64,000 nucleotides of DNA from Candidatus Berkelbacteria bacterium (GTDB lineage: Bacteria; Patescibacteriota; UBA1384; 2-12-FULL-50-11): contig CP066697.1 in assembly GCA_016432625.1 (NCBI GenBank), forward strand, positions 215,363 through 279,362. Direction: 5' to 3'. The notes beneath the pieces were generated by a model. The model made no database searches. It was not told the DNA's origin and worked only from the letters and a program-made list of their open reading frames with translations. Positions 27,630 to 37,388 of this stretch are shown piece after piece. Numbering within the stretch: the first letter of the stretch is position 1; every line of letters starts with the position of its first letter. Made by a program: the position numbers and the translations under genes.

Positions 27630-27870
27630 TTGCGATTTGTGTTAGCTCTGTATCAACTTCATCCAAGGTCGAGGAAATTTCAGTTTTCGCCTCTGCTTTT
27701 GGATCGGTTGCAGTTGGCGTTTCGGTCGTTGTCGTCGTCGCTGTCGTGTCGGCGGTTTTTGAGGCACCGGTCAGATAGAACCACGCCGAAGCGCCGATTA
27801 TCAGCGCCACAAAAACTACTGCCAAAATTACGTAAATTACTTTTGAGCCCCCAGTACTTTCTTCACCCAT
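27592..27870 (-). CDS. Small N-terminally anchored Thr-rich acidic protein, unknown function
   Basis: One TM followed by TTATTTTTETPTATDP and an acidic tail. Confidence 0.3.
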   Translation of the reverse strand: MGEESTGGSKVIYVILAVVFVALIIGASAWFYLTGASKTADTTATTTTTETPTATDPKAEAKTEISSTLDEVDTELTQIASDEGSDDDTIDF

Positions 27871-27933
27871 GATTATATAACCCCCTTATTACAATACGCT
27901 CTCAAAGAGAGAGCCAAGAGTCAAGGACAATTT

Positions 27934-28419
27934 TTACTGAGCGTTTTCGTATTTCCAGGTTAGGACGTCGGTAGCTTTAGTTATATAAGTACTTGCGCCC
28001 ACTTCAGCAGGAGCACCGTTAATGTAGAACACCCAGAACTGATTTTCTGTCGAGGCTTTACCGTTGATAGCGATCACTAATTCACCGAGCCCTTCGTAAG
28101 TCTTGGTCTCTATCACAGCTCGTTCTCTGAGTAGCTCCACAGCGTTTTTACCCTCAACGCCTTGATAACTAATTTCGTTCTCAGTCTGCGTTACGGCCGT
28201 TGCGGCACCATCGGTCGTCTGTGGTTTATGGATAATTAGGTAAAGTCCGAAAGCTAGAATAAGTGCCATAAGCACGAGTACTAGACCTGTCCAGCGGGCT
28301 AGCGTTGTATGTGCTGTTTGGACTGTAACTGTCGAGCGGCTCTGATCTTCGGACTTGCGAGTAGAACGGGTTACGGTTGCAGACTTGCGGGGAGTTCGTT
28401 TGATTCTTCGTGTTGCCAT
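27934..28419 (-). CDS. Membrane-anchored DUF4430-like (transcobalamin-like fold) protein
   Basis: Basic N-terminus, one TM, C-terminal domain with YQGVEGKNA...FWVFYINGAPA...DVLTWKYE. Confidence 0.4.
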   Translation of the reverse strand: MATRRIKRTPRKSATVTRSTRKSEDQSRSTVTVQTAHTTLARWTGLVLVLMALILAFGLYLIIHKPQTTDGAATAVTQTENEISYQGVEGKNAVELLRERAVIETKTYEGLGELVIAINGKASTENQFWVFYINGAPAEVGASTYITKATDVLTWKYENAQ

Positions 28420-28494
28420 TGTTGTTCACTTGTACGGTAAAACAAATCCGGCGTCAAGTGTAGCTTTGGAAGTTGTTACAGATATAATACCGAT

Positions 28495-29556
28495 ATGGAG
28501 ATTGGAATCGTTGGTTTGCCGAACGTTGGTAAATCATCATTATTTAATGCGCTCACAAAAGCCGGCGCCGAGGCGCAGAACTTTCCGTTCACTACTATCG
28601 AACCAAATGTCGGCATCGTCGAGGTGCCCGACGAGCGGCTGAGCTTTTTAACAGAAAAATTTAAGGCAGCAAAAACCGTCCCGGCAACAATTAAGTTTGT
28701 TGATATCGCGGGACTTGTTAAAGGCGCGTCGCAGGGTGAGGGACTGGGCAATAAGTTCCTGAGCCATATTCGCTCCGTTGATGCGATTGCGGAGGTGGTG
28801 CGGGTTTTCGACGATCCGCAAGTAACGCATGTTCATGGCGGCGTCGACCCTGGTAATGATATCTCAACGATTAACACTGAACTCTTGCTAGCTGACTTAG
28901 AACAAGCTGACCGAGCGTTAACGGCCAACCAAGACAAAATCAAACGCGGCGAGAAGGAAGCTGTTAGGCTGGGCACTTTACTTGAGCAAGCCGTCGCCTT
29001 ATTCAACGACAACAAACCGCTTCGAACTAACCCCGAACTCGCAAAGTCGCTACGCGATTTTCAATTCCTCAGCGCTAAGCCGCTATTATACGTCGCAAAC
29101 ACTGACGAAAAATCAGCTGACGTTAGCGCCGTCGAAACACACGCCCAAAACGAGCAGGCAAAAGTCGTGGCGATTAATGTTAAAGCCGAGCAAGAAATAG
29201 TTGAACTTCCTAGTGGAGAGCAGCTCGAATATCGTGAGGGGCTAGGTCTGAAGTCTGGGTTAGAAGAGGTAATTAAAGCCGGCTACGAGCTACTAGGATT
29301 AATTACTTTCTTTACCGCTGGACCAGACGAATCTCGTGCTTGGACGATCGCGAAAGGTACTAAGGCACCGCAGGCCGCCGGCAAAATTCACACCGATTTT
29401 GAGCATGGCTTTATACGCGCCCAAGTTTATACCTTTGAAGACATAAAAAAATTCGGCAGTGAGAAGGCGATTCGCGACGCCGGCAAACTACGTAGTGAGG
29501 GCAAGGAATATGTGATGCGCGACGGTGATGTAGTGGAGTTCCTGTTTAACGTGTAG
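28495..29556 (+). CDS. ychF: Ribosome-binding ATPase YchF (Obg-family)
   Basis: GLPNVGKSSLFNAL G1 motif, TGS domain at the C-terminus, 353 aa. Confidence 0.9.
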   Translation: MEIGIVGLPNVGKSSLFNALTKAGAEAQNFPFTTIEPNVGIVEVPDERLSFLTEKFKAAKTVPATIKFVDIAGLVKGASQGEGLGNKFLSHIRSVDAIAEVVRVFDDPQVTHVHGGVDPGNDISTINTELLLADLEQADRALTANQDKIKRGEKEAVRLGTLLEQAVALFNDNKPLRTNPELAKSLRDFQFLSAKPLLYVANTDEKSADVSAVETHAQNEQAKVVAINVKAEQEIVELPSGEQLEYREGLGLKSGLEEVIKAGYELLGLITFFTAGPDESRAWTIAKGTKAPQAAGKIHTDFEHGFIRAQVYTFEDIKKFGSEKAIRDAGKLRSEGKEYVMRDGDVVEFLFNV

Positions 29557-29565
29557 ATTTAGGTT

Positions 29566-30237
29566 ATGGTTATCGCAAGAGTTAGCCGTTTCTGTGAAGC
29601 GGTTCGCGATGTTGGCATCGCCCAACCTGTAAACTCTTGGACTTCGATTATTTTCTTTTGGGCGGTGGCGATTTTCCTTTGGCAGCACGCTGCGCGCAAT
29701 CAGCAATTTATTAATGGCAGTAAGCTCGTTAGCGTCTTATTTATTACGGTGGTTTTCCTGATCGGGGCAAGCTCGTTCTGGGGACACGCGACATTGAGTT
29801 TTTGGGGCGGAGTGGCGGATTTTTCTAGTATGTACCTGCTCGTGACATTGGCGGCGTTGCTTGGAATAAGCTGGTTCAAGCCGTGGCGAAATTCAACGTT
29901 AATTACCTGGTGGATTATCGTCAATATTCCGCTTTTTTACGTCGCTGGGCTCTCAGATGGGATAACCGACTATACATTTATGGCTTTAGTTTTTGTGGTT
30001 GTGATCTTGGAAGTTGTGGCGCTAAGCCGATTAAAGAAAATCGGCAGCCCTTATTTCTGGCTATCATTGACATCACTCGCCGTTGGCTACGGGGTCTGGC
30101 AACTGGATAGGCGAGGTATTTGGTGCAACCCGGAGAGCCTTTGGCAGGGTCACGGCCTCTGGCATCTTCTAACGGCTCTTGCTGCGGGCTTCCTTTATCT
30201 GTATTTGGCTGGAAAACCTGCAAATGAGTCGCGGTAA
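29566..30237 (+). CDS. Polytopic membrane protein (possible ceramidase/PAQR-like hydrolase fold; weak)
   Basis: Seven predicted TM helices with conserved His/Ser/Asp in helices. Confidence 0.3.
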   Translation: MVIARVSRFCEAVRDVGIAQPVNSWTSIIFFWAVAIFLWQHAARNQQFINGSKLVSVLFITVVFLIGASSFWGHATLSFWGGVADFSSMYLLVTLAALLGISWFKPWRNSTLITWWIIVNIPLFYVAGLSDGITDYTFMALVFVVVILEVVALSRLKKIGSPYFWLSLTSLAVGYGVWQLDRRGIWCNPESLWQGHGLWHLLTALAAGFLYLYLAGKPANESR

Positions 30238-30937
30238 ATTTTGGGTTAGTGTTGCCGTTCTCGTTCTAGTTAACCTAATACCTCTCGCTGGAGTGAAGTA
30301 TTATGACTGGGATCTTGCGACGTTAATGTTTGGTTATTGGTTGGAGACGTTGGTGCTTTGCTTTTTCTCTGTAATAAAAATCCTTTGTTCTAAATCGCAG
30401 GACAGGAGGCCGGAGATCAAGGTCGAGGTTAATCCTCGCACTCTCCACTTCCGCTTGCGACCGATCGGGCGCTTCGAACACGCCGTGACGTTTCTTGCCT
30501 GGTCGGCGATATTCTTGCTAGTTCATCTGACGTTGATTTTCACCCTACTTTCTAACCAAACAGCGGGGCAATTTGGCTTCATTGAGGTGCGCACAATTGC
30601 GGAGTTCTTCTACCGAACTGACGCAAAATTCTTTCTGCTGGCCGTGTTCTTAAGCCATTTATTCTCTTTTGGAGTGAACTACATCGGCAAACAAGAAAAT
30701 TTGATCTTTTCTCCGAAAGAGCTAATGGTCCAGCCAATTCGACGAGTTATGGCACTGCATTTAGCGATATTAGGCGGCGCACTTATTCTGGCTCGTCTTG
30801 ATACATTGACGGGATTTCTGTGGATCCTGGTTATTCTCAAAATAATCCTAGACATTATCGCCCATCTCGAAGAGCACCGAATTGTGCCGCGCAGCACAGG
30901 CGACGATTTGGTGACAGATATCGGTCGCAATATGTAA
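30224..30937 (+). CDS. Polytopic membrane protein, unknown function
   Basis: Start set at MSRGKFWVSV; the listed ORF start overlaps the upstream gene. Confidence 0.35.
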   Translation: MSRGKFWVSVAVLVLVNLIPLAGVKYYDWDLATLMFGYWLETLVLCFFSVIKILCSKSQDRRPEIKVEVNPRTLHFRLRPIGRFEHAVTFLAWSAIFLLVHLTLIFTLLSNQTAGQFGFIEVRTIAEFFYRTDAKFFLLAVFLSHLFSFGVNYIGKQENLIFSPKELMVQPIRRVMALHLAILGGALILARLDTLTGFLWILVILKIILDIIAHLEEHRIVPRSTGDDLVTDIGRNM

Positions 30938-30950
30938 GCTCGCCGCGCTG

Positions 30951-31631
30951 TTAGAAATGAAGGAGGTTGTGGTGTTTTTTGAGCCACCGCTCTGAGGCTT
31001 TGTAGTTTTTGTCGTAGCTCTCGACTAACGCCCAAAACCGCTCTGAGTGATTCATATGGGTTAAGTGTGATAGCTCGTGGTAGATAACGTAGTCGCTGAC
31101 GCTGTCCGGTGCCATAATCAGTCGCCAGTTGAGCGATAACGTGTTGCGACTTGAGCACGAGCCCCATCGTGTTCGTTGGTCACGGATCGTGACTTTAACT
31201 ACGTCTCGACCAACTAAATCTGCTAGCAGCGGTACGCGTTCACGAAACCGTTTTTCCGCCTCACGACGGTAAAATTTTTCTAAAATTTTCCGGACGGTAT
31301 CATGATCCTCAGCTAGACTTGAAACGATGAAAGATCGCCCGTCTATTTTTACCCCGGATTTAACGTCGTTCGAAACGTTGAGGCGAAAATCATATTCCTG
31401 ACCACGAAAGAAAAGTTTCTCTTGCTCGGCGGTTAGTTTATTTAACCTAGTCGTGGCCTCAGACAATTTTTCTTCAATCCAGTTTTCGTGCTCTAAAATG
31501 AAGTCTTCAATCAACTTTTGAGGCGCCCTTAAGGGTGCGGTCACTACTACTGAGCCGTCGTGAAAAACCTTTAGGCGTAAGTGACGGGACCGGCGTAGGC
31601 GTTTAACTTTAATCCGGTCTGGCATCTTCAT
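30951..31631 (-). CDS. DUF45/YgjP-type zinc metallopeptidase (HExxH = HELSH)
   Basis: YVIYHELSHLTHMNHS motif in a ~220-aa soluble protein. Confidence 0.65.
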   Translation of the reverse strand: MKMPDRIKVKRLRRSRHLRLKVFHDGSVVVTAPLRAPQKLIEDFILEHENWIEEKLSEATTRLNKLTAEQEKLFFRGQEYDFRLNVSNDVKSGVKIDGRSFIVSSLAEDHDTVRKILEKFYRREAEKRFRERVPLLADLVGRDVVKVTIRDQRTRWGSCSSRNTLSLNWRLIMAPDSVSDYVIYHELSHLTHMNHSERFWALVESYDKNYKASERWLKKHHNLLHF

Positions 31632-32928
31632 TTTGTAGTTTTAGCGCATTCGCTTGTCGACGCCAAAATAAAATCCGCTGAATAACAATCGCTAAGCCCA
31701 TCATTCCCACGCCGAATAACGACAAGAGGAGGTAAGCAACTGTTTCTTTTTGTTCGCCCAGCATCACAAAAGCCGGCAGGTTTAGGATTTGCTCAATCTT
31801 ACTCTCGGTCTTTTCGCCGTTACTGTTCGTGGTGCGTGATGAGACTGGGTTACTGGCGTACTCTGGTTGGTTTTTAGGGCTATCGGTCGTTGGCGAGGTG
31901 GTTGCTGAACTGCTATTAGCGTTCTCGCTGGTCTTAGTAGTAGTTTCGGTGGAGCCTGAGCTACTCTGCCCGCCACCGTTGCTCCCAGAGTTACTGTTCG
32001 CGCCCTTTACAGAAGAAGCGAACTGATCTTGTGAGGCAGGGCTAGAATTAATTCTCATATCAAACTGCGGATAAGCGACGCTCCACCAAGTTAAGCCCTT
32101 TATTTTAGGAAACCCTGTTTCTAGATCGTCAAACATTTCTTTTATCCACTGCGCCTTACTTCCCCCTTGTTCAACCGAGCCAATTTCCATAATCAACATG
32201 TCTTTGTTGGTGACAGCAAGCATCTCATTGTAGGAACTCTCAAAAAGCTGACGGAAACTGAGCCAAGGGGCGCCATTGGTGCTACTAAAGTTGTAACCAT
32301 CAAAGCCGGTGAAATCGACGTAATCGTCGCCCGGGTACATTGAAGCATAGGTTGCGGCGCCGCCAAACGGACGAATATTGGGCGACCAGACCCATTTAAC
32401 ATTATTTGTCCCAGCCTCACGGAACTTGTTGATGACGTATCGCCAGAAAGTCTTGTGGTTCTCGGTGTTATTGCCAACTTTGCCGATTCCCCACGGATTC
32501 CAATCACCGTTCATCTCTGCGGCAAGCGAGATGCGAACTTCGAAACCTAACGACTTAATGACTTGGGCGTAAGAATTGATGTAGTTGTCGTACTGACCGC
32601 TTGTGACGTCGTCGTACGAGACACCAACGTAATCAGAGCCGACTTTATACATGGGTTGCCAACTGAGTTCTGGCAGGTAACCGTTGCTGTGGTAATTTCT
32701 GGCGATATTTTGGTTAAGTTCCTGGTCCCAGTTTTGATACCACTTTAATGAGTAGAACTTAATTCCCATTTGTGCCTCGAAACTTGTCACCGGAGTAATG
32801 TCTGGGGCGCCATGCATCCAAAGGTTGACCTCAACCCTAGTTGGCTGGTGACTCGCGAGCACCCTTTTAGGGTTGGGCGACCAACACAATATTGCGAGGA
32901 GACATAAGAATACTGCGATTACTCTCAT
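31609..32928 (-). CDS. Secreted glycoside hydrolase-like protein (TIM-barrel cellulase superfamily, GH26-like) with Ser/Thr-rich linker and C-terminal TM anchor
   Basis: Signal peptide; LAAEMNGDWNPWG and DYVDFTGFDGYNF motifs; S/T-rich tract; C-terminal hydrophobic helix. Listed ORF's first 36 codons cross tRNA-Asp, so start set at M37. Confidence 0.5.
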   Translation of the reverse strand: MRVIAVFLCLLAILCWSPNPKRVLASHQPTRVEVNLWMHGAPDITPVTSFEAQMGIKFYSLKWYQNWDQELNQNIARNYHSNGYLPELSWQPMYKVGSDYVGVSYDDVTSGQYDNYINSYAQVIKSLGFEVRISLAAEMNGDWNPWGIGKVGNNTENHKTFWRYVINKFREAGTNNVKWVWSPNIRPFGGAATYASMYPGDDYVDFTGFDGYNFSSTNGAPWLSFRQLFESSYNEMLAVTNKDMLIMEIGSVEQGGSKAQWIKEMFDDLETGFPKIKGLTWWSVAYPQFDMRINSSPASQDQFASSVKGANSNSGSNGGGQSSSGSTETTTKTSENANSSSATTSPTTDSPKNQPEYASNPVSSRTTNSNGEKTESKIEQILNLPAFVMLGEQKETVAYLLLSLFGVGMMGLAIVIQRILFWRRQANALKLQNEDARPD

Positions 32929-32965
32929 CCTCTGATGATAGCTGCTTTTGAGATTGGCTGCGCTG

Positions 32966-33039
32966 CGCAGTGGACGGGACTTGAACCCGCGACCCCCGCC
33001 GTGACAGGGCGGTGCTCTAACCAACTGAGCTACCACTGC
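32966..33039 (-). tRNA. tRNA-Asp (GTC)
   Basis: Acceptor GCAGTGG/CCACTGC, anticodon stem CCGCC/GGCGG, loop CTGTCAC, discriminator G. Confidence 0.85.
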
Positions 33040-33085
33040 AAGCTTTGTTATTTTCCCAAAATTTACTTACAAAATCCAGGAGAGA

Positions 33086-34108
33086 TCAGGTTTTGACGTA
33101 GCGCTTAAGGCGGTATTTGCTGAGCTGTTGCTTGTACCATTCTTCGTACGTTTGCAGGTTATCGCCGGACCTTTCCGTGACTTGAAGAATGTGAAAGCCA
33201 AAAGGCGATTGGATGAGCCCAGAAATTTGGTTGACCTGTTGGGCAAAAGCGGCTTCCTCAAATCCGGGCGAGATCTGAGCCGATAGCTCGCCCTTGCGCC
33301 AGTACCCTAGGTCCCCGCCAGAGTCTTTCGACTTGGCGTCCTGGCTGAACTCTTTGGCAACTTCGGCAAAATCACGTCCGGTGTCGAGCTGTTTCTTAGC
33401 TTCGTTGGCAACAGGTTGGGTAGAGATTAGGATGTGTCGCACTCGAACTTTGGTAAGCACGGCGTTCTTTACTTTTTCTTTAAGAAGTTGCTCGGCAATT
33501 ATTTCTTTAAAGTCGGCCAGATTCATGCCGTATAGCTCATCAATCTTCTTAGCGACATCTTCCGCCTTGCCCTGTTTCTCGAGCGCTTTAGTCAGCTCCT
33601 CCTCGGTCACCCGCAGCCCTCGTTGTTTTGCCTCCAGGACGATAACGCGGTCTTCAATCAGCCCTTCTAGCACCCGAGTTCGAAGCTCGGCGTCGGTCGG
33701 GGGCTTGAGGGCGGTGTCCTTTGGCACCTGATGGTTAAAGGTATTTAAAAAGCGCAGGCGTTCGAGAAACTTATGGCTCCAGATGAAGGAATTATTTACT
33801 TTTGCTGCTGGCAGAGGATAGAGGATAGCTAGTGTTTCCGTGAACGAGGTTTCGGATTTCTTCGGATAAATCAGAATGTAACCCAACAGGCCAAAAGCGG
33901 TATAAAGCACCAAAACAGCAATCGCGATGTCAACGAATAGGGTCGAGGGGTTGTTAGTATGCCGGCGTACAAGTGCCTTGACGAATGGGAGGCGAACTTT
34001 CGCCCAACCCCAAACGATCACGTAAATGCGCTTCAGGAAGTCCCAAAAGAGCGCCAAGACGGCCTTGACTCTCTCTAGAAAAATCTGAACTGAGGAAAAT
34101 TTACCCAC
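33086..34108 (-). CDS. PpiC-type (parvulin) peptidyl-prolyl isomerase, PrsA/SurA-like, membrane-anchored
   Basis: N-terminal TM; parvulin domain with VRVRHILIS ... GGDLGYW ... GFHIL. Confidence 0.7.
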   Translation of the reverse strand: MGKFSSVQIFLERVKAVLALFWDFLKRIYVIVWGWAKVRLPFVKALVRRHTNNPSTLFVDIAIAVLVLYTAFGLLGYILIYPKKSETSFTETLAILYPLPAAKVNNSFIWSHKFLERLRFLNTFNHQVPKDTALKPPTDAELRTRVLEGLIEDRVIVLEAKQRGLRVTEEELTKALEKQGKAEDVAKKIDELYGMNLADFKEIIAEQLLKEKVKNAVLTKVRVRHILISTQPVANEAKKQLDTGRDFAEVAKEFSQDAKSKDSGGDLGYWRKGELSAQISPGFEEAAFAQQVNQISGLIQSPFGFHILQVTERSGDNLQTYEEWYKQQLSKYRLKRYVKT

Positions 34109-34662
34109 AGTACTGCCCCCAGCACTACGATAACAGTGACCAGGGTGAAAACAAAGTGAGCGATCAGCGATCGCCGCTCACTTGTGGAAAAAAGCTGAAT
34201 CAACTGCCAAAAAGTATAGTAAATAATGAAACTTATCAGGCTATTTTCGAAGTAGGAGAACGGCCAATAGAGCAGCAAGCTATTTACCTGAGCAGTCAGG
34301 AACGCCAATACCAGCCAGTGGACAACATTGTCGCGCTCGATGGGCATTCGGTTTAGCCGCCGCAGAACCAGTCCCGAAGTGGTGATAAGGATAAAGACAA
34401 CCAAGGTTACGATTAATGGATGTAATAGCACGTAGGCTTGCCAGTAGTTTGCCAAAAGCAAAATGAAGAACGGGGTACCGATTAGCGGGTAGCTAGTTTG
34501 TCTGACGGCAGCGCTAAGAGCAATCACAGCTGCAGCAATGGATAGAGCGAACCGAGTTGAAGTTTGCGGTATAGTGTCCCAAACAACGGCGAGCGTTATA
34601 AAAGGCACGAGCCAGAAAAAAAGCGAGGCGTAGGGCGGATGAGCGGCTCTCATGTGAGACAC
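34075..34662 (-). CDS. Polytopic membrane protein, unknown function
   Basis: Five to six predicted TM helices. Confidence 0.3.
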   Translation of the reverse strand: MSHMRAAHPPYASLFFWLVPFITLAVVWDTIPQTSTRFALSIAAAVIALSAAVRQTSYPLIGTPFFILLLANYWQAYVLLHPLIVTLVVFILITTSGLVLRRLNRMPIERDNVVHWLVLAFLTAQVNSLLLYWPFSYFENSLISFIIYYTFWQLIQLFSTSERRSLIAHFVFTLVTVIVVLGAVLWVNFPQFRFF

Positions 34663-34692
34663 ATTACAGTAATTTACTGGTTGGTAGTAGAA

Positions 34693-36099
34693 CTATTTTG
34701 CTTTGTAGTTTGAGCCGACGGTTATAACAACCTTGGCCTGGCCGGGTCGCTCATCGGCCTTTCCTTTGGTCGGATTAATGCCGAACCGTTTTTTAAGCAA
34801 CGCAGTAGCGTATGGCGCGTCCTCGAAGTATTTAATAGTTGTCGTAAGCGAGACACTGCTTGCAACCTGGGTACTAGTGACGTTGTAGCCTAAGCTCTTA
34901 AGCTTAGTGGCGACGGCTTGTCCGGTACCAGTTTTGCCACTGGCGTCGATAATAACGACGCTGGCGTTTTCCTTAACGAGGTAAGGTTCAGGCAGGTAAG
35001 AATTAACGAATTCGATTACCTCAGTCCAGTCATTGTCGCCCTTCTTCGGCACCAGCACATAAGCGCCGCCTATTGTGGTACTTCGCAACACTCCGTCATT
35101 ACCATTTTCTAGAACAGCGGATTTAATTCTATCGCTTTTAGTATCTTTGATTAGTTTGTAGAGCTGGGATATCTGGTCGACAGTTAGATCGGTTCGCAAC
35201 CCCTTGCCAACGGCGGTGATGATTGAAGTAATTTTCTGCGGGTTTATAAATAGATTGGAGCTAACTATCTTATCTCTTAAAGCAATTACGACCTGCTGTT
35301 GTCGACGTGCCCGGCCAAAATCGCCACCGCAATTTCCACCGCGGCACCGAGCGTACTTGAGCGCGGTCTCGCCGTTTAAAGTCTTCATTCCCGCGCCGAT
35401 ACTAAACGGATCGTAGCCAGAATATGATCTATTCGGGAAATTGGGGTCACTGAGCGGCTTTTCGACGTAGACTTGGATGCCGCCGACCGTGTCGACGATT
35501 CGCTTCAAGCCGTCAAAGTCAATTTTGACAAAGTAACTCGTTTTAACGCCGACTAAGTCCTCGATCAGCTCGCTCAGACTCTCGGCGCCGTAGTCGATCT
35601 CCGGATCGCAAGTGGAAGTTTTACGCGGGCAATTTTTTGACGAATCTCGGTAGACTTCGTTAATGCGCGTTTTACGGTTCTTTGCTGGATTTGTGACATA
35701 TAAATCACGTGGGATGGAGAGCATGGCGATAGAATTATTGATTGGGTCGATAGAGGCGATTTGAATTGAGTCCGTCAAGCCGGCGGCGCTATCGACTCCG
35801 AGTAGTAGAATGTTAATGCGGCTCTCGCCTTCAGCTAGTACCTTGTCCGGGTCGATGTTACTGCCAAACTTAAAGAATGATGGTGTCTCGTCAGTGTTTT
35901 TGGCGGTAATGTTCTTGAGCGCTAATGCCCCAGTTACTCCAACCCACCCAGCGATGCCAATAATAATAATAACGACTCCCCAAAAAAATCGTTTCCAAAC
36001 TTTGCGCCGCCTGTTAGCGGGCTCGTCAACAGGGTTGATTACACGTCTGATTAACATGATGCTGCCTCCTACTGTAACACAGCCTGCGCCTAAGAGCAC
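34693..36099 (-). CDS. LytR-CpsA-Psr (LCP) family cell-envelope phosphotransferase with C-terminal LytR_C domain
   Basis: N-terminal TM; LLLGVDS...IASIDP...LSIPRDLYV LCP core motifs. Confidence 0.75.
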   Translation of the reverse strand: MLLGAGCVTVGGSIMLIRRVINPVDEPANRRRKVWKRFFWGVVIIIIGIAGWVGVTGALALKNITAKNTDETPSFFKFGSNIDPDKVLAEGESRINILLLGVDSAAGLTDSIQIASIDPINNSIAMLSIPRDLYVTNPAKNRKTRINEVYRDSSKNCPRKTSTCDPEIDYGAESLSELIEDLVGVKTSYFVKIDFDGLKRIVDTVGGIQVYVEKPLSDPNFPNRSYSGYDPFSIGAGMKTLNGETALKYARCRGGNCGGDFGRARRQQQVVIALRDKIVSSNLFINPQKITSIITAVGKGLRTDLTVDQISQLYKLIKDTKSDRIKSAVLENGNDGVLRSTTIGGAYVLVPKKGDNDWTEVIEFVNSYLPEPYLVKENASVVIIDASGKTGTGQAVATKLKSLGYNVTSTQVASSVSLTTTIKYFEDAPYATALLKKRFGINPTKGKADERPGQAKVVITVGSNYKAK

Positions 36100-36104
36100 T
36101 CCTG

Positions 36105-36491
36105 TTAATCGCGAGGCGAGAAGTAGGTTGTGACGTCAAATTCTTCGCCCGACATTAGCCGTTCGGCGGCCTCGGAAATATCGGTTCCGGGTATGACGAT
36201 GACCGGCATGCGATAAAGCCAGTGCAGGGTATTTCCCGTCGTGGCGCCGATTCTAATTCCCGTGTACGAACCTGGCCCCTCAAGAACGGCGACGGCTTTT
36301 ATTTCGCCAATCTCAATATGGTTGTTATCAATTAGTTCTTCGACGATCGACTGTAACTCTTGGGCGCGGCGAGATTTTTCGCTAATTTTTACGGAACCAT
36401 TTTTTATCAACGCCACCGACGTTTTATCCTTTTCGGTAGTATTAAAAACCAAAATTGTTGGAAAATGTGATACGTCGTGTTTTATCATCAA
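36105..36491 (-). CDS. tsaB: tRNA t6A protein TsaB (YeaZ), N-terminal domain only (128 aa)
   Basis: GPGSYTGIRIG motif; overlaps tsaE by 50 nt; lacks the usual C-terminal half. Confidence 0.65.
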   Translation of the reverse strand: MMIKHDVSHFPTILVFNTTEKDKTSVALIKNGSVKISEKSRRAQELQSIVEELIDNNHIEIGEIKAVAVLEGPGSYTGIRIGATTGNTLHWLYRMPVIVIPGTDISEAAERLMSGEEFDVTTYFSPRD

Positions 36492-36867
36492 TTATTTCTA
36501 GCGATATAGTCTTAGCTTTTTTCGGAAGGTGTGCGGCGGCTATTTCTGGCCATTCAATAAAGGCGATCGTTCCTCGGTCGCCGATATGGTCCTGCCAGTC
36601 GAAGCTCTCTATTTCCTCTGCTGTCAGTCGGTAAAAATCGAGATGCAATACTTCCTTCACGCCTTGCCATTCGACGGGGTAGCGGCGCTCCAGCACGAAA
36701 GTTGGGCTACTAACCCTACCCGCGTAACCCATCGCTGCGACGAGGTGCTTAACTAAGCTTGTTTTCCCAGAAGCAAGTGGGCCCGAAAGAGCGATAACGT
36801 CGCCATCGTGCAGTGACCCAACTACCTTTTTTGCCACCGTCAAAAGGCCTTCCTCGTTAATTTCCAT
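36442..36867 (-). CDS. tsaE: tRNA t6A ATPase TsaE (YjeE)
   Basis: Walker A GPLASGKTSL, 141 aa. Confidence 0.8.
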   Translation of the reverse strand: MEINEEGLLTVAKKVVGSLHDGDVIALSGPLASGKTSLVKHLVAAMGYAGRVSSPTFVLERRYPVEWQGVKEVLHLDFYRLTAEEIESFDWQDHIGDRGTIAFIEWPEIAAAHLPKKAKTISLEIIDDKTRRITFSNNFGF

Positions 36868-36919
36868 AGCCGTATTTTACTTTAGGGCTATCGTCTTACC
36901 AAATTAACCAAATTCAAGC

Positions 36920-37324
36920 TTGACCTATACTGCTAAAATCAACCAGATGGCGAATAAGGTTACTTTGCACGACTCTTTTATAGAACTAGTTTTTATAGGA
37001 GATCAGACAGAGAAGACTGTCCGTTCGATTTCAGAAAAAGCACGTCGATTGAGCGAGAAGCAGTGGAAAGGCGATCCGACACTTGTCCTTGTGAATTTAT
37101 ACAAAATGGGCAAATCTAGTTTCACTTCCCGCAGCGCGGCTTTGGAGGCGTTAAATGCCGCTCCATTTATTCGTATGGCAGTCTACGCAAACAGTGTTTT
37201 CTTACGACACGTCGCCGAGCTGATCATCCGAGCTGCACGCATGGGCGAAAAGATAAGAATCTTTACTGCCCGTGAGGAAGCAGTTCGTTGGTTAACTGGA
37301 GGCAACCATTTCAAAACAGAGTGA
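36920..37324 (+). CDS. Hypothetical protein (possible STAS/SpoIIAA-like fold), first gene of a signalling cluster
   Basis: 134 aa; alpha/beta pattern; context with the PAS histidine kinase. Confidence 0.3.
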   Translation: MTYTAKINQMANKVTLHDSFIELVFIGDQTEKTVRSISEKARRLSEKQWKGDPTLVLVNLYKMGKSSFTSRSAALEALNAAPFIRMAVYANSVFLRHVAELIIRAARMGEKIRIFTAREEAVRWLTGGNHFKTE

Positions 37325-37388
37325 CCGACAATCTAACGGTAAGTTAAAGGCTAAGTCTGATGCGCTGAAGCTTGAAAAGTATCGAGCG

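Noticed and set aside
31609-33036. N-terminal extensions of listed ORFs that read through tRNA genes (31609..33036 through tRNA-Asp; 60644.. through tRNA-Gly; 17679 through tRNA-Lys)
   Set aside because: Translations such as VAQLVRAPPCHGGGRGFKSRP and RGIEPPSQPWEGY are the usual artefact of translating tRNA T-arms; starts moved to the first Met downstream of each tRNA.
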